Source: Clostridiales bacterium
Lineage (GTDB): Bacteria > Bacillota > Clostridia > Oscillospirales > CAG-272
Length of the DNA: 64,000 nt
Assembly: GCA_016282315.1 (NCBI GenBank)
Contig: JAEEKG010000096.1
Coordinates: forward strand, 4,447 to 68,446
Reading direction: 5' to 3'
Made by a program: the position numbers and the translations under genes. Below are positions 28,113 through 37,532 of this stretch, piece after piece (within the stretch, counting starts at the first letter, position 1; each line of letters opens with the position of its first letter). The notes beneath the pieces were generated by a model that ran no database searches, was not told where the DNA came from, and was given only the letters and a program-made list of their open reading frames with translations.

Positions 28113-29516
28113 ATGTCAAAATCAATTTCTGAATTGCGCGATTTGTTAAATCAAAGAACGAATGAAGCAACAGCTGAATTGGAAAAAATCGGCAAGCTCT
28201 CTGCCCGTCAACGTATGGATGTAATATTTGATGAAGGCACGTTTGTCGAGATTGGTGCATTTGTCGGAAGCGGAGATGCAGATTCAACTGATGGATATGG
28301 TGCTGTCATTACAGGATATGGATCAATAGATGGTTATCTGGTGTTTGCATTTGCACAGGATTATTCCAGACTTCATGGCGCAATGACAGCTGAACAAACA
28401 GCAAAAATAGCTAATATAATTCATATGGCCGCAGATAAAGGTACTCCACTTATTGGTGTATTTGACAGTGCCGGGACAAAGATAGATGATGGCCTCACAT
28501 CACTCGATAACCTTGGCATTGCAATTTCTACTCTTTCCGCTTGCAAATTTGATGAACCTACAATAGCAGTTATTTCAGGACCATGTGGAGGATCAGCCGC
28601 TGTATTTGCATCTATGTTCGATTATAAGATCATAGCAAAGAAAACAGGTTCTCTTTACATGACACCTAAAAACATTCTTGAAAACAAGTCATTGACTGAT
28701 GCTGAAGAACTGCTGGGTAATGGTTTTGTCGATATTGTAACTGAAGATGACGAAAGCGCATGTAAGGAAGCAGCCGATATATGCAGATACTACTCAACAA
28801 CTGCAGCAGATAACGTTGAAGATTCACCTGAGCGTGAGTTCTCTGCTTCAGTTATTGCCGGTGAGTTTGATATGCACGATGTTATAAACGAACTGGTAGA
28901 CAAAGGTACTTTTAAAGAGCTGCAATCAACACATGCTCAGTCAATGATTACCGGCCTTGGTTTTATCGATGGCATTCTTTGCGGAATAGTAGCAAACAAC
29001 AGAGCAAAAAATAATGGAAAGATTTGTCCTTGTGGAGCTAAGAAGGCTTCTGAATTTATTGACATGTTGAATAGAACCTGCCTTCCTGTTGTGACACTCG
29101 TTGACAGCGAAGGAACCATCATGGCAGACAAAGCTGAACTGAAAGGTTTGGCAAAGAATTTAGCAGGATTGGCTGAAGCTTATGCCAATATAGCAAATGA
29201 TGGTTGTTCAGGAGTAACTGTTGTAATCGGAAATGCATTCGGAACTGCTCTATCGGTTATGGGATCAAAGTCTCTTGGCATTTCAATGTCATTTGCTCTT
29301 GATGATTCAAAAATTGGCATCATGAATCCAAAGACAGCAGTTGAATTCTTAGATAAAGTTGAAGATGAATCCAAAGTTGAAGAAGCAGCAGCTGAATGGG
29401 CTGAAACATATTCAAATCCACTTGCAGCAGCAAGAGAAGGTTTTGTAGATGACATCATAAAAACAAGTGAACTCAGAGCAAGAGTCGCTGCTTCTCTGCT
29501 TATGTTAGGAACATAA
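28113..29516 (+). CDS. acyl-CoA-type carboxyltransferase (12S / MmdA / PccB-like), short and divergent (467 aa)
   Basis: Carboxyl_trans architecture: SARQRMDVIFDEGTFVE, VITGYGSIDGYLVFAFAQD, GVFDSAGTKIDDG, GFIDGILCGIVANN. The canonical GGSLG and DSGGARIQEG motifs are altered. Confidence 0.75.
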   Translation: MSKSISELRDLLNQRTNEATAELEKIGKLSARQRMDVIFDEGTFVEIGAFVGSGDADSTDGYGAVITGYGSIDGYLVFAFAQDYSRLHGAMTAEQTAKIANIIHMAADKGTPLIGVFDSAGTKIDDGLTSLDNLGIAISTLSACKFDEPTIAVISGPCGGSAAVFASMFDYKIIAKKTGSLYMTPKNILENKSLTDAEELLGNGFVDIVTEDDESACKEAADICRYYSTTAADNVEDSPEREFSASVIAGEFDMHDVINELVDKGTFKELQSTHAQSMITGLGFIDGILCGIVANNRAKNNGKICPCGAKKASEFIDMLNRTCLPVVTLVDSEGTIMADKAELKGLAKNLAGLAEAYANIANDGCSGVTVVIGNAFGTALSVMGSKSLGISMSFALDDSKIGIMNPKTAVEFLDKVEDESKVEEAAAEWAETYSNPLAAAREGFVDDIIKTSELRARVAASLLMLGT

Positions 29517-29527
29517 CGGAGGTCATC

Positions 29528-29830
29528 ATGTTAGAGAAATTACTATTTGGACTCAGAACTCTTGGAATAGGAATGCTGACAATCCTTTCCATGATTGCGA
29601 TAGTATTTCTTCTGCTAAAGTTTGTCTTCCCTCTTTTATACAAACTCTCAAACAGAAAGAACAAAAAATCCAAAGAAGAAATTGTTCCTCCTGTTCAAAC
29701 AACAGTTGAAGAAGTCACAAATGACGAAGAGGATGAAGAAGAAATCATCGCTGTACTTACAGCTGCAATTGCAGCATCGACTCAAAAACCAGTTTCATCG
29801 TTTAGAGTTGTAAACTTCAAGAGAATATAA
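29528..29830 (+). CDS. OadG/MmdD-type small membrane subunit of Na+-translocating decarboxylases
   Basis: N-terminal TM helix, acidic linker, C-terminal IIAVLTAAIAAS motif. Confidence 0.75.
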   Translation: MLEKLLFGLRTLGIGMLTILSMIAIVFLLLKFVFPLLYKLSNRKNKKSKEEIVPPVQTTVEEVTNDEEDEEEIIAVLTAAIAASTQKPVSSFRVVNFKRI

Positions 29831-29847
29831 CCTAAGGAGAAAGTAAT

Positions 29848-30210
29848 ATGAAAAACTATAGAATAACCGTTAACGGCAAAACATATGATGTAACTGTTGA
29901 AGAGACAGGAACACAAAGTGCTCCCGTTCAACAACCTTCAGCTTCTGCAGCTGTTGAACAGCCTAAAGCTGCCCCTGTATCAGTTCCTTCAAATGCTAAA
30001 GCAAAAGTAACTGCTCCAATGCCGGGCACAGTACTTAAAATCAATGTTTCAAATGGACAAAGCGTTAAAAAAGGTGACGTATTATTAGTTCTTGAAGCGA
30101 TGAAAATGGAAAATGAAATCACTTCACCTGAAGATGGAACTGTATCTTCAGTTTCAGTTGCTAAAGGCGCTTCCGTAAATTCTGGCGATTTACTCGTAGT
30201 TATAGCGTAA
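29848..30210 (+). CDS. biotin carboxyl carrier protein (1.3S / MmdC / GcdC-like)
   Basis: Ala/Pro-rich linker and biotinylation motif [10 protein letters not shown]. Confidence 0.9.
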   Translation: MKNYRITVNGKTYDVTVEETGTQSAPVQQPSASAAVEQPKAAPVSVPSNAKAKVTAPMPGTVLKINVSNGQSVKKGDVLLVLEAMKMENEITSPEDGTVSSVSVAKGASVNSGDLLVVIA

Positions 30211-30235
30211 TTTCCAAATAATTCGGAGGCTTAAA

Positions 30236-31411
30236 GTGACTGACTTATTAAAAACTTTATGGGAAACAACAGGTATTAGTCAGTTTTCCGACGCCGAACT
30301 ACTCATAAAGACATTGATAATGTATGTCATTGTCGGTGTTCTGGTTTACCTTGCGGTAGCCAAAAAATATGAGCCGCTTCTCTTATTGCCGATTGCTATC
30401 GGAATGTTGCTTGGCAACTTACCAGGAGCGAATCTTTTCCATATGGATTTGTTCATGGGTGATACTTTCAGCGTAGGAAAAGTATTGACAGATGGCGGAC
30501 TACTTGACATCCTGTATTTGGGCGTAAAGCTCGGTATATATCCCTCAATTATATTCTTAGGTGTTGGCGCAATGACAGACTTCTCTCCGCTCATTGCTAA
30601 CCCTGTATCATTCTTCCTCGGAGGAATGGCTCAATTCGGTGTATTTGCAGCATTTATACTTGCTCTTGCACTCGGATTTAATATTGATGAATCTGCAGCT
30701 ATAGGCATAATTGGTGGCGCAGATGGACCTACGGCAATTCTTGTAACAAAGGAATTGGCACCTCACTTGTTAGGGGCAATAGCGATAGCCGCCTACTCGT
30801 ATATGGCGCTTATTCCTATGATACAGCCGCCTCTTATGAAGCTTCTCACAACAAAGAAAGAACGCGCTATCAAGATGAAACAATTAAGACCTGTTTCTCA
30901 ACTTGAAAAGATCGCTTTCCCAATTGTTATAATCATTTTGGTTTGTCTTCTCTTGCCGGAAGCTGCACCATTGATAGGCTTCTTAATGTTCGGAAATCTT
31001 TTGACAGTATGCGGCGTAACAGAAAGGCTTTCAAAGACTGTACAGAATGAATTAATGAACATTACAACAGTAATGCTTGGTATCTCAGTTGGTGCAACTG
31101 CAAGTGCAGCAAATTTCCTTGCATGGGATACATTAAAGATTATTGCTCTCGGACTCGGGGCATTCTGTTTGTCAACAATAGGCGGTTTGCTTGGCGGCAA
31201 ATTCTTATGTCTAATAACAAAAGGAAAAATCAATCCTCTTATTGGTTCTGCAGGCGTTTCAGCTGTTCCGATGGCAGCAAGAGTTTCCCAAGATGTCGGA
31301 AAGAAAGCTGACCCGAACAACTACCTTCTCATGCATGCTATGGGACCAAATGTTGCCGGTGTTATAGGTTCTGCTATTGCAGCCGGAATATTCCTTGCTT
31401 TGTTCAGATAA
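30236..31411 (+). CDS. Na+-translocating decarboxylase beta subunit (OadB/MmdB/GcdB family)
   Basis: Polytopic membrane protein with conserved GGADGPT and SAGVSAVPMAARV motifs. GTG start preceded by GGAGG. Confidence 0.9.
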   Translation: MTDLLKTLWETTGISQFSDAELLIKTLIMYVIVGVLVYLAVAKKYEPLLLLPIAIGMLLGNLPGANLFHMDLFMGDTFSVGKVLTDGGLLDILYLGVKLGIYPSIIFLGVGAMTDFSPLIANPVSFFLGGMAQFGVFAAFILALALGFNIDESAAIGIIGGADGPTAILVTKELAPHLLGAIAIAAYSYMALIPMIQPPLMKLLTTKKERAIKMKQLRPVSQLEKIAFPIVIIILVCLLLPEAAPLIGFLMFGNLLTVCGVTERLSKTVQNELMNITTVMLGISVGATASAANFLAWDTLKIIALGLGAFCLSTIGGLLGGKFLCLITKGKINPLIGSAGVSAVPMAARVSQDVGKKADPNNYLLMHAMGPNVAGVIGSAIAAGIFLALFR

Positions 31412-31431
31412 AGCAGAAAGGTTAAGATAAT

Positions 31432-32826
31432 ATGGCAAAAGTTAAAATATGTGAAACTGTTCTTCGTGATGCGCATCAGTCTCTTGTTGCCACACGAATG
31501 ACATTTGATCAGATGGCACCTATCCTTGGAGAAATGGATAAGGTTGGCTATCATTCACTTGAAGCTTGGGGCGGCGCTACCTTTGATTCATGTCTAAGAT
31601 TTTTGGATGAAGATCCATGGGATAGATTGAGAAAAATAAGGGCAGCAGTTAAGAACACAAAACTTCAAATGCTTTTCAGAGGTCAAAACATTTTGGGATA
31701 TCGTCACTACTCTGACGATGTTGTTGAATACTTCGTACAAAAATCAATTGCTAATGGAATTGATATTATAAGAATATTCGATGCATTGAATGATCCAAGA
31801 AACCTCGAAACAGCTATAAGAGCAACCAAAAAAGAAGGCGGGCATGTCCAGGCAGCCATAAGCTACACTACAAGCCCAGTTCACTCTAATGAAGGTTTTG
31901 CCCAATATGCAAAACAACTTGAAGGAATGGGAGCAGATTCCATTTGTATCAAGGACATGGCAGGCTTGCTGACTCCTTACAACGCTTACGACTTAGTAAA
32001 GACTCTCAAGTCAACTGTTTCAATACCGATTGAACTCCACACACACTATACAACAGGTTTGGCTTCCATGACTTTGTTAAAAGCAATAGAAGCAGGCTGT
32101 GACATAGTAGATACAGCAATTTCACCATTGGCAATGGGAACCAGCCAAGCTCCTACTGAATCTCTTGTAGCAGCATTGGCAGGAACCGAATATGACACGG
32201 GACTTGATCTGAATCAATTGAATAAAGTTGCCGTTCACTTCACAAAAGTTCGTGAAGAGTTTATAAAGAGCGGAAGACTTGATCCGAAAGTTCTTAAGGT
32301 AAATGTAAACACATTGCGTTATCAGGTACCTGGTGGAATGTATTCAAACCTTCTCTCTCAATTGAAACAAGCTGGAAAATCTGACAAACTCGAAGAAGTT
32401 TTGGCAGAAGTTCCGAATGTAAGAGCAGATGCAGGATATCCGCCTCTTGTAACTCCGAGTTCTCAGATTGTTGGAACACAAGCAGTCTTCAATGTTATCA
32501 TGGGCGAAAGATATAAGATGGTAACAAAAGAGTTCAAAGGAATTGTTAAAGGAGAGTATGGAAAGACTCCTGTTGACATAGATCCTGAATTCAGGAAAAA
32601 GATTATCGGGGATGAACAAGCAATTACTTGCAGACCGGCTGACATGCTCAAACCTGAGCTCGAAAAGCTCCGTGAAGAAGTTAAAAAGTGGTCTATACAA
32701 GATGAAGATGTGCTCACTTATGCTTTGTTTGAACAGGTTGCAGTTGATTTCTTTGAAAAAAGAAAGGCAAAGATGTATAACATCGATGTCAACTCTGACA
32801 AAGAAAACAAATTACACATAGTATAA
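31432..32826 (+). CDS. oxaloacetate/pyruvate-type carboxyltransferase (OadA N-terminal / transcarboxylase 5S-like) without a biotinyl domain
   Basis: ETVLRDAHQSL...EAWGGATFD (HMGL-like TIM barrel) plus a PYC_OADA-type segment. It ends at 464 aa with no AMKM motif. Confidence 0.85.
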   Translation: MAKVKICETVLRDAHQSLVATRMTFDQMAPILGEMDKVGYHSLEAWGGATFDSCLRFLDEDPWDRLRKIRAAVKNTKLQMLFRGQNILGYRHYSDDVVEYFVQKSIANGIDIIRIFDALNDPRNLETAIRATKKEGGHVQAAISYTTSPVHSNEGFAQYAKQLEGMGADSICIKDMAGLLTPYNAYDLVKTLKSTVSIPIELHTHYTTGLASMTLLKAIEAGCDIVDTAISPLAMGTSQAPTESLVAALAGTEYDTGLDLNQLNKVAVHFTKVREEFIKSGRLDPKVLKVNVNTLRYQVPGGMYSNLLSQLKQAGKSDKLEEVLAEVPNVRADAGYPPLVTPSSQIVGTQAVFNVIMGERYKMVTKEFKGIVKGEYGKTPVDIDPEFRKKIIGDEQAITCRPADMLKPELEKLREEVKKWSIQDEDVLTYALFEQVAVDFFEKRKAKMYNIDVNSDKENKLHIV

Positions 32827-32832
32827 TAAAAT

Positions 32833-32866
32833 TGGCAGGGATCAAAATTCCCTGCCATATTTGTTT
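32833..32866. terminator. bidirectional terminator between the decarboxylase cluster and mtnN
   Basis: TGGCAGGGA / TCCCTGCCA 9-bp stem followed by TATTTGTTT. Confidence 0.75.
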
Positions 32867-32873
32867 AACATCA

Positions 32874-33566
32874 TCATTTTATTAAATTGACTATAATGTG
32901 TGTTGTCTTTTCTCCAGCCTTCTTTTTGAATTCATAATAATCCATATTCGAATCTTCATCTGCACCATCTGAAATATATCTGAGAACAGCACACTTAACT
33001 CCGGCCGTGTAACAAACGTGTGCGATAGCTGCGCCTTCCATTTCACATACTATTGCTCCGAAATTTGATACGATTTTATCTTTTGCTTCTTTTGTACAAA
33101 CAAACTGATCACCTGAAGCAATCGTTCCTATTCTATAACTGTAATCCAATTCTTTAATCACTTTTTCAATGCTGTCCCTGACTTCTTTATCTGTTCCGAA
33201 AAAGATAGTTCCTGTTCCACTTATATATCCAACAGGATCCCCTATAAATGAGGTGTCCACGTCATGCTGCACCAATTTGTCAGCTATAACAACTTCTCCC
33301 CTCTTAAGAGTCTTATCCAGAGAACCTCCAAGACCAACATTAATTATAACATCAGGGTTAAATGAGATAATCATTGTTTGTGCACATATAGCGGCATTGA
33401 CTTTTCCCATTCCGCATACTGCAACAACTATACTATTGTTGTTAATAGTTCCGCAATTATATGTAATTCCGAACAAATTACATTCTGTTTTATCTTTGAT
33501 ATTGGATATTATTCCTTCTGCTTCTTCCTTAAGGGCACATATGATACCATAATTAATCTTGTCCAT
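32874..33566 (-). CDS. mtnN: 5'-methylthioadenosine/S-adenosylhomocysteine nucleosidase
   Basis: GIICALKEEA, GMGKVNAA, EMEGAAIA motifs of the Pfs/MtnN family. Confidence 0.9.
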   Translation of the reverse strand: MDKINYGIICALKEEAEGIISNIKDKTECNLFGITYNCGTINNNSIVVAVCGMGKVNAAICAQTMIISFNPDVIINVGLGGSLDKTLKRGEVVIADKLVQHDVDTSFIGDPVGYISGTGTIFFGTDKEVRDSIEKVIKELDYSYRIGTIASGDQFVCTKEAKDKIVSNFGAIVCEMEGAAIAHVCYTAGVKCAVLRYISDGADEDSNMDYYEFKKKAGEKTTHIIVNLIK

Positions 33567-33780
33567 AAAACACCTCTTTCTTCTAGAGCATATTTTACAA
33601 CAAATTAATTATTATTTCTATACATAGGTTTACAATCATACCCTTTTGGTTATTTTGACAACAATTTTGTTAAAAAGTTCTAATTTTTCTACTTTTTTAC
33701 GAATACATAATTGTTGAATACCTATAATCGGAGTATTAAAATATATACATAAAGGTATAGAGGAGATTTTTAGAATTCTT

Positions 33781-34353
33781 ATGAAATCACTCGAAGAAAG
33801 AATTTTAAAAGATGGCATAGTTGCTGAAGGTGATGTACTCAAAGTAGGCAGCTTCCTTAACCAGCAGATGGATATTCCATTTGTTGGAGAACTTGCCGAG
33901 GAAATCTATACTCTTTACAAAGATAGCGATATTAACAAAATCCTTACCATAGAAGCATCCGGAATTTGCATTGCCTCTCTTGTTGCGCTCAAATTCAATT
34001 GCTACGCTGTCTTTGCAAAAAAACATGCTACATCTAACATTCAGGGCGAATGCTACTCTACACATCTGCATTCATATACTCATAACACAAATGATTCGGT
34101 CATTATTCCCAAAAGTTATATAGGGAGAAGTGACCGTATTTTAATTGTTGATGATTTTTTAGCTACTGGCGAAGCTCTCGAAGCATTGATTCGTTTAGTA
34201 GATATGTCAGGTGCAACTCTTGTCGGATGCGCTTCTCTGATTGAAAAAGTTTATCAAGAAGGCGGAAACAATATACGAAAAAGAGGCATCAGAGTTGAAT
34301 CTCTTGCAAAAATCAGCAGCATGAACGGCAAAAGCATAGTGTTTTGCCAATAA
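33781..34353 (+). CDS. xpt: xanthine phosphoribosyltransferase
   Basis: From memory, collinear with B. subtilis Xpt (LKVGSFLNQQMD, ILIVDDFLATGEA PRPP motif, RVESLAKI). Confidence 0.9.
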   Translation: MKSLEERILKDGIVAEGDVLKVGSFLNQQMDIPFVGELAEEIYTLYKDSDINKILTIEASGICIASLVALKFNCYAVFAKKHATSNIQGECYSTHLHSYTHNTNDSVIIPKSYIGRSDRILIVDDFLATGEALEALIRLVDMSGATLVGCASLIEKVYQEGGNNIRKRGIRVESLAKISSMNGKSIVFCQ

Positions 34354-34438
34354 TTTCCGATTTAATTGAAAGTGTAACTTTCATTAAATATAATAAAAAT
34401 ATTAAAAAAACAAACAATATTGTAAAGGGAGAGACAAT

Positions 34439-35713
34439 ATGAAAAAACTGTTTTCTTTAATTCTTTCAGTTATCATGGTAGCAATGGTAGTTTTGACAGT
34501 TGCTTCATGTTCTGGAAACACCACAACAAACACAGATATGAAGGATTCATTCTTGCCTAGACAGTCAGTTGGTTCCTTCACAGTTCCATCAGATTTTAAA
34601 ATAGGTGTTATTCTTCTTCACGATGAAGATTCAACCTATGACCTTAACTTCATCAATGGTATCAAAGACGTTCAGGCTGCTTTTGGTATGAAAGATGAAC
34701 AGGTTATCATCAAGAGAAACATTCCTGAAGCAAATGAATGCTATGAAGCTGCTATAGACCTCGCCAACAATGGTTGTAAAGTTATTTTCGCAGATAGCTT
34801 CGGTCATGAGGATTTCATGCTTCAGGCTGCTAAAGAAAAACCAGACGTAGTATTTGCTCATGCAACAGGTACAAAAGCTCACACTGCCGGTGTAGCTAAC
34901 TACCACAATGCATTTGCTGCTATTTACGAAGGACGTTACCTTGCTGGTGTTGCAGCTGGAATGAAACTGAATGAACTCAAAGAAGCAGGCAAACTCAAAG
35001 GTGATCATCCTGTAATGGGTTATGTTGGTGCTTTCACATATGCTGAAGTTATTTCCGGTTATACAAGCTTCTATCTTGGTGCTAAATCTGTTTGCCCGGA
35101 TGTTACAATGAAAGTTCAGTTTACAGGTTCTTGGTATGACGAAACAGAAGAAAGAAATGCTGCTTATGCTCTTATTGCAGCTGGCGCAGATCTCATTTCT
35201 CAGCACGCTGACTCACTCGGCGCTCCTTCTGCTTGCGAAGCAAGAGGCATTCCGAACATCTCTTATAATGGTTCTACATATGATGCAGGTCCGAACACCT
35301 TCATTATCTCATCAGCAATTGACTGGGCTCCTTACTATGCTTACCTCATTAAATCAGTAGTTAACGGAACAGAAATTGCCACAGACTGGGTTGGAACAAT
35401 CGAAACAGGTTCAGTTGTTCTTTCAGGCTGGAACTCAAAAGTTGCTGCTACAGGTACAGAAGCAAAACTCAAAGATTTAATATCTCAGTTCAAAGCAAAA
35501 ACACTCAAAGTATTTGATACTAATAAAGACAATTACATCACAGTTGATGGAAAGAAACTGACATCTTACTTTGCAGATGTTGATACAGATGATGCATTTG
35601 CTCCTGACACTGAAGTAGTTTCAAATGGTTACTTTAATGAATCAGTTTTCCGTTCTGCTCCTTACTTCGATGTAAGAATTGACGGTATTGAACTCCTCAA
35701 CCAGAAGTACTAA
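34439..35713 (+). CDS. BMP-family (PnrA/Med-like) nucleoside-binding lipoprotein of an ABC transporter
   Basis: Signal peptide plus lipobox VASC, and BMP-family core (GYVGAFTYAEVISG). Confidence 0.85.
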   Translation: MKKLFSLILSVIMVAMVVLTVASCSGNTTTNTDMKDSFLPRQSVGSFTVPSDFKIGVILLHDEDSTYDLNFINGIKDVQAAFGMKDEQVIIKRNIPEANECYEAAIDLANNGCKVIFADSFGHEDFMLQAAKEKPDVVFAHATGTKAHTAGVANYHNAFAAIYEGRYLAGVAAGMKLNELKEAGKLKGDHPVMGYVGAFTYAEVISGYTSFYLGAKSVCPDVTMKVQFTGSWYDETEERNAAYALIAAGADLISQHADSLGAPSACEARGIPNISYNGSTYDAGPNTFIISSAIDWAPYYAYLIKSVVNGTEIATDWVGTIETGSVVLSGWNSKVAATGTEAKLKDLISQFKAKTLKVFDTNKDNYITVDGKKLTSYFADVDTDDAFAPDTEVVSNGYFNESVFRSAPYFDVRIDGIELLNQKY

Positions 35714-35734
35714 TACATTATAGACAAACAATTC

Positions 35735-35768
35735 AATTAGAGCTGTTTCCAGCGAAACAGCTCTAATT
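35735..35768 (+). other. perfect 15-bp intercistronic hairpin after the binding-protein gene (mRNA stabiliser or partial terminator)
   Basis: AATTAGAGCTGTTTC / GAAACAGCTCTAATT with a 4-nt loop and no T tract after it. Confidence 0.6.
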
Positions 35769-35786
35769 CCAATTAAAGAGGACTAT

Positions 35787-37532
35787 ATGGAAGAAAGACA
35801 AATAGCTCTAGAAGTCAAAAAAGTCAGCAAAAGATTCGGACAAAAGCAAGCGAATAAAGACGTTGATTTGACAGTTTATAGGGGAGAAATTCACGTTGTT
35901 TTAGGTGAAAACGGCAGCGGAAAGACCACCCTTATGAATATGATTTCCGGAATATATTTTCCTGATAGCGGAAAGATATATGTAAATGGCGAAGAAACAG
36001 TTATTCGCTCGCCTAAAGATGCCTACGACAACAAGATAGGCATGGTTCATCAGCACTACAAACTGATCGAACTCTTCTCTGCTGCTGAGAATATTGTTCT
36101 TGGAATGAAGGATGAAGAAAAATACGACATTAATAAAATCAATAATCGAGTCTCTGAAATAGCATCAAAATATGGATTCATTATCGATCCTAAAAAGAAA
36201 GTATATGAGATGTCCATTTCAGAAAAGCAGACAGTTGAAATAATCAAAGTTCTTTATCGTAACGCTGACTTGCTTATACTTGATGAACCAACAGCAGTAT
36301 TAACACCTCAGGAGACACAGAAACTATTTGATGTTCTGCGTCATATGAAGGCTGATGGAAAATCCATCATTCTGATTACCCATAAACTCAACGAAGTAAT
36401 GGAGATATCAGACAGAATAACAATTCTGAGAAAAGGCGAATACATAGCAACTGTTAATACTTCAGAAACAAATGAAAATGAATTGACCGAAATGATGGTC
36501 GGAAAAAAGATCACTCTAAACATCACTCGCAGTGATCCGGTTAATCCGCGCACCAGAATAGAATGCAAGAATCTTTGCTGCAACAGCAAAGAAGGTTTAC
36601 CCGTCCTTAAAAACGTATCTTTCTCTGTAAACGGCGGAGAAATATTCGGAATTGCCGGCATTGCAGGTTCAGGACAAAGAGAGCTACTAGAGTCAATTGC
36701 AGGACTTCAGCCATTGACAAATGGAGAAATTATATTCCACAATCCTAAAGAAAATAGACCTGTTACCTTCTTCCATAAGAATCTAAAACAAATCAAGGAA
36801 TTGGCCAAAGAACATAAATTCCATTATGAGGATGGTTCTGAAGTCGATCTGAGTGGTTTGCGTGACAGCGAGATTACAAAACTCGTCAATGATGAAAAAA
36901 TTCTCTTCAATGAAGATGAAATAATGAACCTCAGAGATAAAACTCCTCTTCAAATCCGAGATTTAGGCGTTAAGCTATCTTTCGTACCTGAAGACAGGTT
37001 GGGCATGGGACTTGTAGGAAACATGAACCTGACTGACAATATGATGCTCAGGAGTTATCGAAAAGGTGATTCTATATTTGTTAACAGAAAAAAGCCAAAA
37101 CATCTGGCTGAAGAAATAGTTGATGAACTTGAAGTTGTTACTCCCGGTTTATCTTCTCCTTTGAGACTGATGTCTGGCGGAAATGTCCAGAAGGTACTTG
37201 TAGGAAGAGAAATCTCTTCATCACCTAAAGTCCTTATGGCAGCATATCCTGTAAGAGGACTGGACATTAACTCATCATATTTGATTTACAACCTTTTAAA
37301 CAAACAAAAAGAAACCGGAACAGCTGTCATATTTGTAGGTGAAGATCTTGATGTTCTCCTTGGCTTATGCGACAGAATAATGGTTATCAACTCAGGCGAA
37401 GTTACCGGAATCGTTGATGCCAGAAACATAACCAAACAGGAAGTTGGTATTCTTATGACAAAGGTGCTCACTCATGATAATCAGCAAGAAGTAACTGAAG
37501 AAGGAGGTGAAGCGAATGAAGGTCAACAATGA
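35787..37532 (+). CDS. ABC transporter ATP-binding protein with two NBDs (nucleoside/sugar CUT2 type), carrying a ~60-aa insertion
   Basis: GENGSGKTT Walker A, LILDEPT, second NBD GIAGSGQREL / MSGGNVQK. Extra segment at aa ~327-386. Confidence 0.85.
   Translation: MEERQIALEVKKVSKRFGQKQANKDVDLTVYRGEIHVVLGENGSGKTTLMNMISGIYFPDSGKIYVNGEETVIRSPKDAYDNKIGMVHQHYKLIELFSAAENIVLGMKDEEKYDINKINNRVSEIASKYGFIIDPKKKVYEMSISEKQTVEIIKVLYRNADLLILDEPTAVLTPQETQKLFDVLRHMKADGKSIILITHKLNEVMEISDRITILRKGEYIATVNTSETNENELTEMMVGKKITLNITRSDPVNPRTRIECKNLCCNSKEGLPVLKNVSFSVNGGEIFGIAGIAGSGQRELLESIAGLQPLTNGEIIFHNPKENRPVTFFHKNLKQIKELAKEHKFHYEDGSEVDLSGLRDSEITKLVNDEKILFNEDEIMNLRDKTPLQIRDLGVKLSFVPEDRLGMGLVGNMNLTDNMMLRSYRKGDSIFVNRKKPKHLAEEIVDELEVVTPGLSSPLRLMSGGNVQKVLVGREISSSPKVLMAAYPVRGLDINSSYLIYNLLNKQKETGTAVIFVGEDLDVLLGLCDRIMVINSGEVTGIVDARNITKQEVGILMTKVLTHDNQQEVTEEGGEANEGQQ

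Noticed and set aside
29622-29813. 63-aa plus-strand ORF overlapping the OadG-like gene in another frame.
   Set aside because: It is fully contained in the OadG-like ORF, which has the expected TM helix and C-terminal motif. The alternative frame is Lys-rich low complexity with no SD.
33700-33780. TATAATCGGAG upstream of xpt, which resembles the start of the purine riboswitch core.
   Set aside because: The remaining conserved purine-riboswitch elements (P2/P3 loops, CUACCGGG and CCGUAAAU-type junctions, P1 closing) are absent. The match is just an AT-rich -10-like hexamer.
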